NCBI GenBank assembly: GCA_030295235.1
Contig: AP026135.1
Coordinates: forward strand, 124,001 to 188,000
From: Fistulifera solaris
Taxonomy: Eukaryota
Direction of reading: 5' to 3'
DNA length: 64,000 nucleotides
The translations under genes were made by a program, and so were the position numbers. A model generated the notes under the pieces. It was not told the origin of the DNA and did no database searches. It saw nothing but the letters and a program-made list of their open reading frames with translations. This document shows, piece by piece, positions 47,008 through 58,283 of the stretch; within the stretch, counting starts at the first letter, position 1; every line of letters starts with the position of its first letter.

Positions 47008-49714
47008 ATGCCATCTTTGTTTCGAATCATGGGAGGAGGAAATTCCTCCTCGAACAGCAACAACAACAACAACAATAATAATAATACGAATCGACAATTA
47101 CCACCGGCGCAGCCACCACTGCGATCTTCCGCGAGTCGGTTGACTTATCCTGGAAATCGAGCAACCTTGGCGGCAACAACAACAACAACAACAACAACGA
47201 CATCATCATCGGATGTAGCACCCACGATGATGCCCACGACATTTCCTCGCACCGGCGGTGTATCCGACACGACGTCTGCGACTTCCAGTGCCGTGACAAT
47301 ACAGGGCAGTGCCGTCGATCCGGCCACCACCGCTCGTGTACCTCCTCCTCCTCCTCCTCCTCCTTCTTCTTCGTCTTCTTCTGCCAGCAACGAAGGAGGA
47401 GCAACACGACCGGGGGCGTATCAAGTCACTCGCACAGCGGTAGGACCGGCACAAGTGTACCGGGTCACGGTGCCCGTGGGTGTACGACCCGGTGCCGAAT
47501 TTACCGTCCACGCTGGATTGCGCCGGGTCCGTGTCCGCTGTCCACCCACCAGTAGTCCCGGACAATCCTTACAAATTACGTTGCCACCGGAACCCGTGAC
47601 GCATCACCTTCTCTTGAAAATGGCACCACTCACGGCCGCCGAAGGCACGCCCGAAGGTGGTGGAGCCGTCACCATGACGCCCGATGTTCAAGCGGTCAAT
47701 CGACAAGCGAAATTGTCGGGTGGGACAGCCCAAACCTTTTGGTCACCATTCCACCCAATGTACATCCGGGACAGCAATTTACCGTCAATGTCGGTGGCCA
47801 ACGATTTGCCGTCACGTGTCCTCCGACCGCGGGACCGAATCAAAAAGTACGGATTGTACCGCCCGTGGTACGAGAAGAACCAGAAGCGGCGCCGACCACA
47901 CAAGTCTTTGAAGTGGCGGTACCGGACGGTGTTCAACCAGGGCAACCCTTTGCGTTAATGGCCAATGATCAGCGCGTGTTGGTGACGTGTCCACCCAATG
48001 TTGTGCCGGGACAAAAATTCGCTTCCAATTGCCGGTCAGTCATCTCGTTGGTAAAATTGAATTGGCGTACGAATCCGAGACATCGGGATGGCGACGCACC
48101 GTTCGCGTCAATGATCTCAAGTTTCAATGGGTGCGATTGGAAAAGAAAAAAGAAGAAGAAGAAGAAGAAGAGGATGAGGATGGGAACAAAGGGAATAGTA
48201 ATAAAACCACTCACGAAGATCCGTTGGCCGGAACAACCGAACGTACAGTTCAATCCAAAGTCGACGTGGAAGGTATGAAGCAATTTGATTTCCGTCGTTC
48301 GGCCTATGTTCGTAAGGTCTGTTATTTGGAAGGGAAACGATGCGCGGATGCGGACGGGGACGATTGAATTGATTCCGGCGCACGAAGCGGTGGTCGATTC
48401 GCGGCTCGTGTACCACAACCGAACACTCCTGTCATATTCTGACATTGCCTCCGTGCAAGGGAAATCGCTACAAGAAAAGACGGAATGGTTTCACAACATC
48501 TGTGGTCAATTAACCGCGGCTTGGGAAGATGGTCATATCAAAATTGCCGTTCGGCGTTCGATGTTACTGCAAGACAGTGTAGACGCGGTCATGAGTCTCG
48601 GACGAGACGATTTGCGCAAACGGTGGCGCATTGAATTTCTTGGAGAGCCCGGCATTGATGCCGGTGGTGTGGCACGAGAATGGTTTGAGCTGGTCACGGA
48701 ACAAATATTCGATCCGGCCTTTGGCTTGTGGATACCATCGGCCAACAATCAGGCGTGTGTTAACATTAATCCATCCAGTGGTACGTTTCACTAGTGGCGT
48801 CTTTGGCGTGAGATATTCCTGTCGGCACTCACGTGTTTTACTAATTTTGTTGCAAACAAGGACTGTCCTGTCCGGAAGATCATTTAATTTATTTTCGATT
48901 TCTCGGCCGAGTCATTGGTAGAGCCCTGTTTGATCGCCAACTCATTAAAGGACATATGGTGCAATCTATATATAAGCACATTCTCGGCTGGCCCATCACG
49001 TTTGAAGATATCAAGGCACAAGATGAAGAATATTACCATTCGTTGCAAAAGTTAACCAAAATGGAGGATGTTTCCATCATGTATTTGGATTTTACGGTCA
49101 CGGAAGAAAGCATGGGGGCACGACGAGAAATCGAACTAACGGAAGGTGGAGCACTGACGGAAGTCACCAACGCCAATTTGGAACTTTATTTGGAATCCAA
49201 CTTACGGTATAGGATGTTGGAACGAACGAGACCTCAATTACAAGAACTGTTGTTGGGATTCTTTGACGTGATTCCGGAGCCACCACTAACAATATTCGAT
49301 GCGAATGAATTGGAACTAACACTATGTGGCTTACCCACCATCGACATGGAAGATTGGCAAGCCAACACGAAGTATTCGGGTCTGTACGAAATGGCCGGGC
49401 GAAGTCATGAGACAGTGCAATGGTTCTGGGAGGTTGTTGTAGAAGAATTTGATCAAGAGCAGCGAGCTCGTCTTTTGCAATTTGTGACGGGTACTTCGGG
49501 CGTTCCGAGTCGAGGATTTTCAGTGCTTCAGGGCATTGACGGCAATATCAAGAAATTCACCATTCATGGTGTGGATCGCAAGGCGTACTTTTACCCCCGC
49601 GCACATACTTGCTTCAACAGGATTGATTTGCCCAATTATTCGTCCAAGGAAGAGTTGTTGGAGAAATTAAAGGCGGCGATTTCTTTATCAGGGATCGGTT
49701 TTGACATTGAATAA
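47008..49714 (+). CDS. HECT E3 ubiquitin ligase (NEDD4/Rsp5-like HECT) with three N-terminal beta repeats
   Basis: Motifs IEFLGEPGIDAGGVAREWF, RARLLQFVTGTSGVP and PRAHTCFNRIDLP (catalytic Cys). Intron 48781-48860. Frameshifts at about 47738, 48015 and 48335. Confidence 0.93.
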
Positions 49715-50241
49715 TGTTAATAAGAAGAATAGAGTTTCATTATGATTTCTCTAGGTGCAGTTTGCTCTAGATTCTTGTCATCCATAATCTTTGTGGGAAA
49801 AGTTCCGTCAAGTCACTATAGAAAATTGTGTACGCGACTTTTCGCCGCGACTGCGTTTCAGTCCTGAGACAAACAAGGGTCGCTAGAGGGTGTATGGTGC
49901 GTACAAGAACGCATCATTTTTCTTGTTGGAGCGATGGTTGGCACCCCTTTTCTTGCTCGGCGTCGAAACTTCTGTCCGTGAAATGAAAATCATGGACAAT
50001 CAATACTAAATCGCAACCGTACACCGTACTTCTCATTCGTCCGTCGTCCATTTGCAAAAGACATTCCACGTGGAAGATAGCGACGCAGGAAGCGCAGCAT
50101 GCAGTTTTTCGTGTCGGCGTCGAACTCTATGCTTTGAAATAATAGTATCACTTTCACGTTGAATTGCTCGACCTTCCATTGTCCATTCTTTCGTTTTTTT
50201 TTTCAACAACACCAACTACTTACAATAATTATTGTATTACT

Positions 50242-50878
50242 ATGTTAACATCCTCCATTTTCCGATCCACGTTTCGTCCATCCTCACAACGTTGTTGGAT
50301 TCATGTCGAGAAACGTTTGGAAGAATTGCAACTCGTGTTGCCACCGGCTCCGGGTCCGAAAGCCAATTACAACATTGTTTGTCACGCTAGTGGTGGAATG
50401 TTGTATGTTTCGGGACATTTGCCTGTCAAACTGGATGGAACTCTGTTCACGGGACGCATTGGTGCCGATGGCAGGGATGTTTCGTACGGTTATGAAGCGG
50501 CCCAACAAGCTGGATTGAATATTCTATCCACCTTGAAAGCACAATTGGGTGATTTAGATCGTGTGGAGCATATTGTCAAAGTACGGGACTGATTAATTTA
50601 TTTGTCTGTCTTGTGAAACAGTTTGGCAATGTCGTCTTTTTTTCTCTCTCTCTCTCATTCTCTTTCTTTTTTTCTTGCAGATTTTCGGTATAGTGCAATC
50701 CACCGATGATTTCAAAGAACAACACAAAGTGATGGATGGATGTTCGGATCTCATGATGGAAGTCTTTGGTAAAACGGCTGGATATCATGCTCGATCGGCC
50801 ATTGGGACGAGTACCTTGCCATTGGATATTTCGGTCGAAGTCGAAGCGGTGGTGCAGCTCAAACCGTTTGTCAAGTGA
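50242..50878 (+). CDS. RidA/YjgF/UK114-family protein, mitochondrial-type leader
   Basis: Motifs PAPGPKANY, LYVSGHLP, GCSDLMMEVFG..HARSAIG..LPLDISVEVE. Intron 50581-50680. Confidence 0.92.
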
Positions 50879-51113
50879 TTCAAGACATACATCGCTAACA
50901 TCATCCATCCATTTATCCATCCATCCATTGGATGAAAGTATATCTCACAAAAAAACACCAATTATCAATGATGACGAAACATAAAATTCAAGTCATCCTT
51001 AGTCGTTTCCAATCGGGTGTATTCTCTATCTAGAGTCATTTGTTTACATGTCTATCAATTGTGGTTTCACATCATTTAATTTTTCTTTCCATTCACCAAC
51101 CATCATTTTTCTT

Positions 51114-51632
51114 TCAATCCACAACACATCGAGATATTCCACGAAACATTTGACATACATACAAATGCCCATCACTGCCGGTCGCTGTACCTACACCAAA
51201 TTCATTGAAACAATCCGACAACATGTTCGATCGGTTGATGGGATGATGTTGCATGGCAAATTCGTGCATGATAAGAGGATGGTCCCCGCGTTGGACATTT
51301 TCACCGGCTCGAGAGCTCCCCAAATGCTGTTGCAGCTCCTCAATGTCGTGAGCCGAATGCAATACACAGAGCTCGGAGGCCATGCGCTGGGCGTGGAACG
51401 TGGCCAAGGCATCCAAAAACGGCGATCGGTGTAAGATCGGACGACCCCGTACTTGTCGTTCTTGATTGATCAAAAAGTGAAAAGTCGTCAATGATGATTC
51501 TTCACCCACAAAATCGTGCCAATCGTGACAACTGCGCTCTTCGGGGATCGGAGATAGTCGATGATGTTTCGGTTCCAAGCGCAATGTTCGTTTGAATGAA
51601 GGTCGTCGATGCGGGCGGCTTGTCAGTAACAT
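51114..51632 (-). CDS. CAP/SCP-like domain protein without signal peptide
   Basis: Motifs LINQERQ..L..LA..HAQRMA, AGENV, NRSNML..FNEFGVG and YVCQMF. Confidence 0.75.
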   Translation of the reverse strand: MLLTSRPHRRPSFKRTLRLEPKHHRLSPIPEERSCHDWHDFVGEESSLTTFHFLINQERQVRGRPILHRSPFLDALATFHAQRMASELCVLHSAHDIEELQQHLGSSRAGENVQRGDHPLIMHEFAMQHHPINRSNMLSDCFNEFGVGTATGSDGHLYVCQMFRGISRCVVD

Positions 51633-52111
51633 TATTGGTTAGATGATGATGAGTAGAAGGGAGGAACTAACAAAAATGAAACAAGGTTGTGTGTCAAAAA
51701 GAAACTGTAATGACTAAACTGTTGGGTAAAGTATTCGGAAGGCAATTTGAATTTTATGCGGACTTTTGACTTTTGACGGTCGCCCATTTTTCGATTTCCC
51801 ACGATGAACGCCCTTCACATCACTCGTCACTCGTGTCAAGTTCACTGGATGTGGGATTGAATCGAAGCGCAAAATAGCTTCCGAACGAAGAATGATTGAG
51901 AGAGAAAGGAGAAAGCGAACTCTCTTCCCCTCGGTTGCATTCTTTCGCGACCGTGGAATGTCGTTCCTTGGTTCGCAAGAATGTTTAGCGTGTCGTATTG
52001 GCAATCGTACCGTACTCCATACTCCAGCTCAAAATCAACAAAGAACAAAGAAAGGTTCCAGAAAAGGCTCGCATTTTCCTTATACTACGTAGTACACTTG
52101 AAAACGACAGC

Positions 52112-52328
52112 TGACGTGAACCACGTAAGACCTTTCGGACATGGATTGCCGAAAGCAGTAGGAGCTTTTACTGTACATTTTTTGTTCCGCACCACGTGTC
52201 GGATTCCGTAGTCGGTGCGATAATAATAAAAAGCGGATAAGGTTATAGGTTATAGGTTAGAATTGTCGCCGTCGGCGTGCGTCTGCCATGGTACGTCAAA
52301 CAATAGACGGATGACGGACGACTGACGT
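52112..52328. promoter_or_regulatory. Cluster of three TGACGT (bZIP/aureochrome/CCRE-type) motifs in the CAP / RseP-like divergent promoter
   Basis: TGACGT at 52112 and 52323 and ACGTCA at 52293. Function is inferred only. Confidence 0.4.
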
Positions 52329-52464
52329 CTGACTCACCTGGACTCACACTCGTTCACTTTTCATGCAACTGTCGGAATGGAGGCAATGAAAAAAAAAAGA
52401 CCTGCATTCGTTGCCTGTCTCCTCTATCATCTATATTAATTAAACCTTCTTTTCGATTCAGCAA

Positions 52465-54044
52465 ATGGGTCGATTCACTTTCGTTCTAACACTTTGGTGT
52501 TTACCACTTCTGGGAGAAGCTTTCGTGGCTCCAAGTAGTGCAACGACACACAAGAATCATCATCATCGTTTCGACGCGGACCATCGTCGTGCTCCGCTAT
52601 TACTTCCAAAGACCCCCTTTCGAAGTAGTAGTTCCCAATTAGAAGCATCGCCATTATTGGCATTAACTTCTTCACCACTGGGTTCTTTGGGAATTCTGGC
52701 GTTCATTGTCCTTGTACACGAAAGTGGTCATTATCTGGCGGCACGAGGATTCAACATGAAAGTCGAAGAATTCAGCATTGGGATTGGTCCCAAGTTGGCT
52801 GGTTTCCAAGCCTTTGGTGATGAATTCAATTTGAGGGCATTGCCACTGGGAGGATATGTGCGATTTCCGGAAAATTATGATGCGGAAACGGTGCGAAAAG
52901 AAGAACAGGCGGCCATGAAGGCCGTCGATCAATTCTACGAACGAAAAATTGAAAGATCCCAGCACGAAACTATTAAATGTATTAACGTTGGGTGCTTTGG
53001 GTGATAAAGAGATCAAAAAGAAAATGAAAGGAGGCAGGCAGAACTAGAGAAGCTACGTCAGCTGCCGTGGTGGAAGAAACTAGGGAAAAACAAGGCTGCT
53101 GAAAAGAGTTGGCTCCTATTGTTGGTCCGGATGAAGTGCAAATTGAATTTTACAAGGATCCACAATTGTTGCAAAATCGTCCCTGGTACGAACGCGCCGT
53201 GGTACTGAGTGGTGGAGTCATTTTCAACTTTGTGCTAGCCTTTACCATTTATTTTGGTCTCATTAACATGGGCCCCGGTCTCCCGAGTCCTGTATTTACG
53301 AACGGAGCTTTGGTGACTTCGGCACCGGCTCCGGGAGCTGCCGCGAATGGAATATTGCAAAAGGGGATTTGGTTTTGGAAGTCAATGGTAGACCCGTTAT
53401 TGCATCTCCGTCACCTTCGGCCAGTCAAGCACAAAAAGGAATTAACGCATTCATCTCGCAAATCCGAGCCACTCCGGAAGGTGAAAGCTTGAAGTTAAAG
53501 GTTTTGCAAAAATCCGCAAGTGCGCCGGTCGAATTAGAAGTAGCACCGAAGCGACAATCTGGAACACAAGCTATTGGTGTGCTGTTATCGCCCAACTTTG
53601 TAAAAATCCGAAGTGTTGAAGAGCAATAATGTCATTGAAGCATCCAAAATGGCAGCCAAATACACAAACACGTTGATTATGGATACAGCTAGTGGCTTGG
53701 CCACTGTGTTTTCGGGATTTTTGTCGGGCAAGTCCACGGGTGCCCAGTTGAGTGGACCAATCGGGCTGATCAAGACGGGCAGTGAAGTGGTCAGTTCTCA
53801 AGACATGACGGCCGTACTCCTCTTCATGGCGGCCTTGTCGGTCAATTTAGGAGTCGTAAATGCCTTTCCTCTTCCGGCGCTGGATGGTGGTCAATTGCTC
53901 TTTGTGTTGTTTGAAGCGATCAGTGGTCGCAAAGTAAATCAGCGCGTCCAGGAAGGGATCACGGGCGCCACACTGCTTGTGTTACTCCTCATTAGTGCGT
54001 CGGCTGCAGTTGGTGACATTGAAAATCTAGTTATAGGAAGATAG
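52465..54044 (+). CDS. RseP/ARASP-like M50 intramembrane zinc metalloprotease, plastid-targeted
   Basis: Signal peptide plus GEA-FVAP. Motifs HESGH, FSIGIGP, LPLGGYV, a PDZ-like segment, LSGPIG and NAFPLPALDGGQ. About four frameshifts (near 52945, 53103, 53365, 53605). Confidence 0.92.
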
Positions 54045-54395
54045 AGCTCCTTGATCATTACTTCTGTGAGACTTGCTAGAAAAGGCACTTTAGTTGATCG
54101 TTTGGGCACAGGATAAATCTTGAAAACCGCTCCGACCATATATTGTACAGTTAGACCTACAACCGCCGTCAGCTGTCAGTGCGCTCGACGCGATGCTTGA
54201 CGACAAACGATTTTAGAAAGGCAAGAAAACGACGATGATGATTACTTCCTCATTGTTCATTCAAAGACAAAGCTCAAGAGTATTCAGTTGACAATTCCGT
54301 GCTGCTGCTATCGAGACCGTCTTACAAGCTTCTTCGCTGACCAGTAGAGATTTTTCTTGCGAATATCCAAGGGAGTTTGCAGGAGCAAAAACGAT

Positions 54396-55509
54396 ATGAA
54401 GAATATCATCACGTTTCTCTGTCTCTTCATGCCGCAAAACGCCATTGCTTTCGCTCGATGGGGTTCGGCATCGGATGTCAAACTCCGCGCGACGGTGAAC
54501 GGAGAGGAGAATTTAACAACATTGGATGTGTTATCATTGGAATCCATACGATCTACTTTGATTCGTCAAGAAGAGACGGTCATTTTTGCTCTCATTGAGC
54601 GTGCGCAGTATCGGCAAAATCGCATTGTATACGAACGAGAAGGATACGGGTCTTCGCTAGGGAAACCACCTGGCTATCAATCGGATGGGAAAGATGATGA
54701 AGAGCTTAGTTTTCTCGATTTTATGTTGATTGGAACGGAAATTTTACATTGCGGTGCGCGTCGGTAAGACACGTTTGTTGGGATTTTATCTCTTGCTTTC
54801 AACGCCACTCAAAAATGATTCCCTTCAAGATTCACATCACCCGAAGAACATCCCTTCTTCCCCGAAAAATTACCCAGTGGACCTATGGATGCCCTGCCTT
54901 CACTACAGTACCCGAACGACCTACTGTCGCCAGTTGGTGGAGCAAATGAAGTGAATTTCAATAAAAAGCTACTGCAAAAGTACACGGAAATCATCGTTCC
55001 GTCTATATGCAAAGGAGGAGACGATGAACAGCACGGTTCTACAACACTTTGCGACATTGCGGCACTGCAGGCTCTGAGTCGTCGTGTTCACTACGGAAAA
55101 TTTGTGGCGGAATCCAAATACCGATCCAATCCAGATGCCTATCAGAAACTGGTCGATGCCGGTGATGCCGAAGGTGTCATGAAACTTTTAACAAACGCGG
55201 TGGTGGAAGAACAGGTACTTCGCCGAGCACGATTGAAAGCGGCAACGTACGGCACGGAGCCCATGCTGACCGACTTGCCCAAGATTCAGTGCAGTGACAT
55301 GGCGTCGATTGTTGCCGCTGCTGCTGCATCCGCGGTAGTGGCGGCCATGGAGGCACTTGACAATGAACATCTCGCGAAAGGGAAGGTAGACCCTGTTGCC
55401 ATTGAATCGGTTTACCGAGATATCATTATTCCCCCTCACCAAAGATATTGAGGTCGCCTACCTTTTCCGTCGTTGTGGCAAAGAACCTCCGGCCGAGTAT
55501 CTCCCGTGA
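54396..55509 (+). CDS. Chorismate mutase (eukaryotic AroQ/ARO7 type), plastid-targeted
   Basis: LESIRSTLIRQEETVIFALIERAQY. Intron 54764-54829 restores RRFTSPEEHPFF. Also LQALSRRVHYGKFVAESK. A frameshift at about 55433 leads to IPLTKDIEVAYL. Confidence 0.95.
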
Positions 55510-55933
55510 TAGCTTCAAAATTATGGAATTTCTTGGTCTTTGCTTATTGATTTTTTTACTTTTTGCGATGAAGAGAGTTAAAATAGACTGAACGATGCAT
55601 GAAGGTAAACACTGTTGACTCCTCGTGACTCATTACTTCATTCCACCGAGTATCGAGTATGTAGTACGTAGACTTAGTCTCTCTACTACGTAGTAGATTT
55701 TCGTCTATCGAAGTAAAGCTGAATCTATTGTAGGTTGTAGGTCTACTGTATCAAATGAAAAAATGTCGCAATGAACTCTCGAGACTTGAGATCCGATTGA
55801 ATCAAATTCGATGAGGTGTCGTACGATGCTGATTCCAAAATTTTGCACCTTTTTCTCGTTGACACGCCTATAAAGCATTAAAAGCAACGAGTCACATTAC
55901 TACTAGTCGTACTCGTTGTATTCTTCTCTACAA

Positions 55934-56369
55934 ATGAATAGCCTTTCCGCTCTCCTCTACATTTTCTTGGCAGCCACTGCCACAGCGTTTGCACCCTCCA
56001 ACCAGCCGAAATTCCAGCGAGCTCGATTGATCTCGGGCCGTCCCCAATTGCGTTTCATGTCCGAAGACCCCAATTCCGAAGTATCCAAAGCACCACAAGG
56101 AACATTTTACGATGATGAGGTAGGTATTTCCTTGAACGATATTGCTCGTGAGTTTCATCTTCTTATCTAAACTCACGCACGACGTTGCACAGGTCAACCC
56201 CGACTCGTATGCACCCAAAGTAGGCATTTCCGATTCGATGCGAGAGCGTTTGAAACGCGAAGCTTCGCGTGGATTAGATTCCGAACAAAAACAAACCAAT
56301 GTGATCTTGTACATTAGTATTGCCGTGGCGCTGCTGGTCGTGGCGGGTGGTAGTGGCATTCTCTACTAA
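55934..56369 (+). CDS. Small plastid-targeted protein with C-terminal TM helix
   Basis: Perfect ATA-FAP motif and intron 56120-56192. C-terminal ISDSMRERLKREAS..NVILYISIAVALLVVAGG. Confidence 0.85.
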
Positions 56370-57151
56370 TGCTGCGACAACGTCGTGACACGTATTATTT
56401 GCATCCCTAATAAGAACGGGAATGAGAAGGAATTTTTGTTCTCATTGGATCTGCATCACAACTAATGGCGCCTTGACATTGATGAAGGACAAGTAAAGAA
56501 AGAGCACATTGCATGTTATAAAAAGTTAACCATCAAATAAAAGAACCAGTTGTTTTTTCTACACGGTGAAACTAGATTATTGTAGCTTGAGTTGATGTTC
56601 GTCCTGACTCTGTTTGACTAAGATCTGCAACTTTTGATGTGATGTGGATGATTCGTTTCTTCTCGATTCCGTCGTTTGAAGGACATATAGGTGCACAGAT
56701 TTGGCATTGCTTGAATTTCGCGCACCTTATCAATCCAGCTCCTGAGAACATTGAATGCGTCATTTGAGTAGAGTTGTCCCTCATCCTCTCAAACGACCTC
56801 AATCTTATTCGACTTCAATCTTATTTTAAGCTACAGGTAGGTACCGTACCGGTAGGTAGTAGGTAGGTAGTCTATTACAGTACTATCTTTCGCTCTAGCT
56901 TTTACGGTGCGAAAGTGCGACACTACTCGTTTGAAACGCCAACCTTTGTGGACGACGTGATTTTTCGGTCTGACGTGTGTCCGGAACGCGAAGCTTCGAC
57001 TTCAACGACGCGCGCGATTTTTGGGTATCCAAGAGAAACGTTTGGGAAGACACGTTTGTGACACGCGAGTACCAGTAGTGTCGTCGTTCCCATTCTTCAT
57101 TATTTCATCGTGATTGTCACTTTCATCCTTTTCTTATTCCTTTCGGAACAA

Positions 57152-58009
57152 ATGACAGCAGCAGTGATATCGTTCTCTACCTTCCTACGCGACATAGTGT
57201 CGTTCATTCCCCCAGGCATCGTCCCTGCCTTTGCGACGGCCTTTTTAGAAGGCGGCAGTACTTAGAGCCTTCCGACACGAATTTGTCGGAACTCTCATCA
57301 TGGTGGCTTGTACCTTTAGTGCAGGCAAATGGATTGGGAAAGAATCCATCCGCGTCGCTTGGACTTCACATTTGTTGGGAGTCATCGCGGCCGATTATAT
57401 CAGTGGTGGACCCCACGTGAACCCCGCTGTCACAACTTCCATGTTTGCCCTCGGCAAGTGCAGTTACAGCGAAGCCTTTGTGCGAATTTGTGCCCAGCTG
57501 GCGGGAGGTTTGGTTGCCTTTCCTCTCTTTCATGCCGTTTCGGATACGATGAAGTGGGAACCGTTTGGGGGCCCGGAATTCAACATGAAAGACGACAACG
57601 ATCACGCGGCCGAAGCGTTTCTCTCCGAGTTCTCGGCTACCTTTTGCTCTGTCTGGTGATATACATTCTCAACTGGGAAATGAATTTTGGTACTTATCAC
57701 TACATCATCAAGCAGTCCTTGACCGCTGTCGCCATTCGTGCTCTCATTGAATTCTTTCCCACGGCCGGGCCGGCCATGAACCCGATGCTAGCAACGACGT
57801 GGAGTGTCTTTGGTGTGGGGAACAAGTTCGAATACCCGGCGCATTTCCAGCATTATTTCGTGTATTGGATTGCTCCGTGCCTGGCGGCGGTGTTGGCGAG
57901 TCTTGTCTACGTGGTATATGCAGGGGGCACCATTTTTGGAGTCCAGCTGCCCCTTGGTCCGATCAAGCCACAGCCTCCCAAGGCGGAAGCCAAGAAAAAG
58001 AAGAATTAA
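57152..58009 (+). CDS. Aquaporin (MIP), heterokont LIP-type with NPA/NPM motifs
   Basis: Motifs SGGPHVNPAVT, GPAMNPM and VYWIAP, with C-terminal KKKKN. Frameshifts at about 57255 and 57645. Confidence 0.92.
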
Positions 58010-58283
58010 ACGGCTTTGTGTGACACAGGGAATCCTTCGCGTTGTTTTGTTGCATCAGCTGAAGATAGGAACGAACGCGGCGAAGTATCTTGTGACATTA
58101 ATATTGAGTTGTACCCCGAAGTAAATCATCGCGATTAGTCTTGCCATTTATATGTTTCAACGATTGATCTCAAATAACTAAAAAGACGTTACTTTCAATT
58201 TCAATCTAATTTTAGCTATTTTCATTTTAGTGCATTTCCTCTCATCCTGCATACACACACACAAAGAAAGACACAGAAGCTCC

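Noticed and set aside
52240..52260. Telomere-like repeat (AGGTTAT)x2-3
   Set aside because: It is too short, is not TTAGGG, and is interstitial.
56835..56871. GGTA-rich tract upstream of the aquaporin
   Set aside because: It is a simple low-complexity repeat with no evidence of function.
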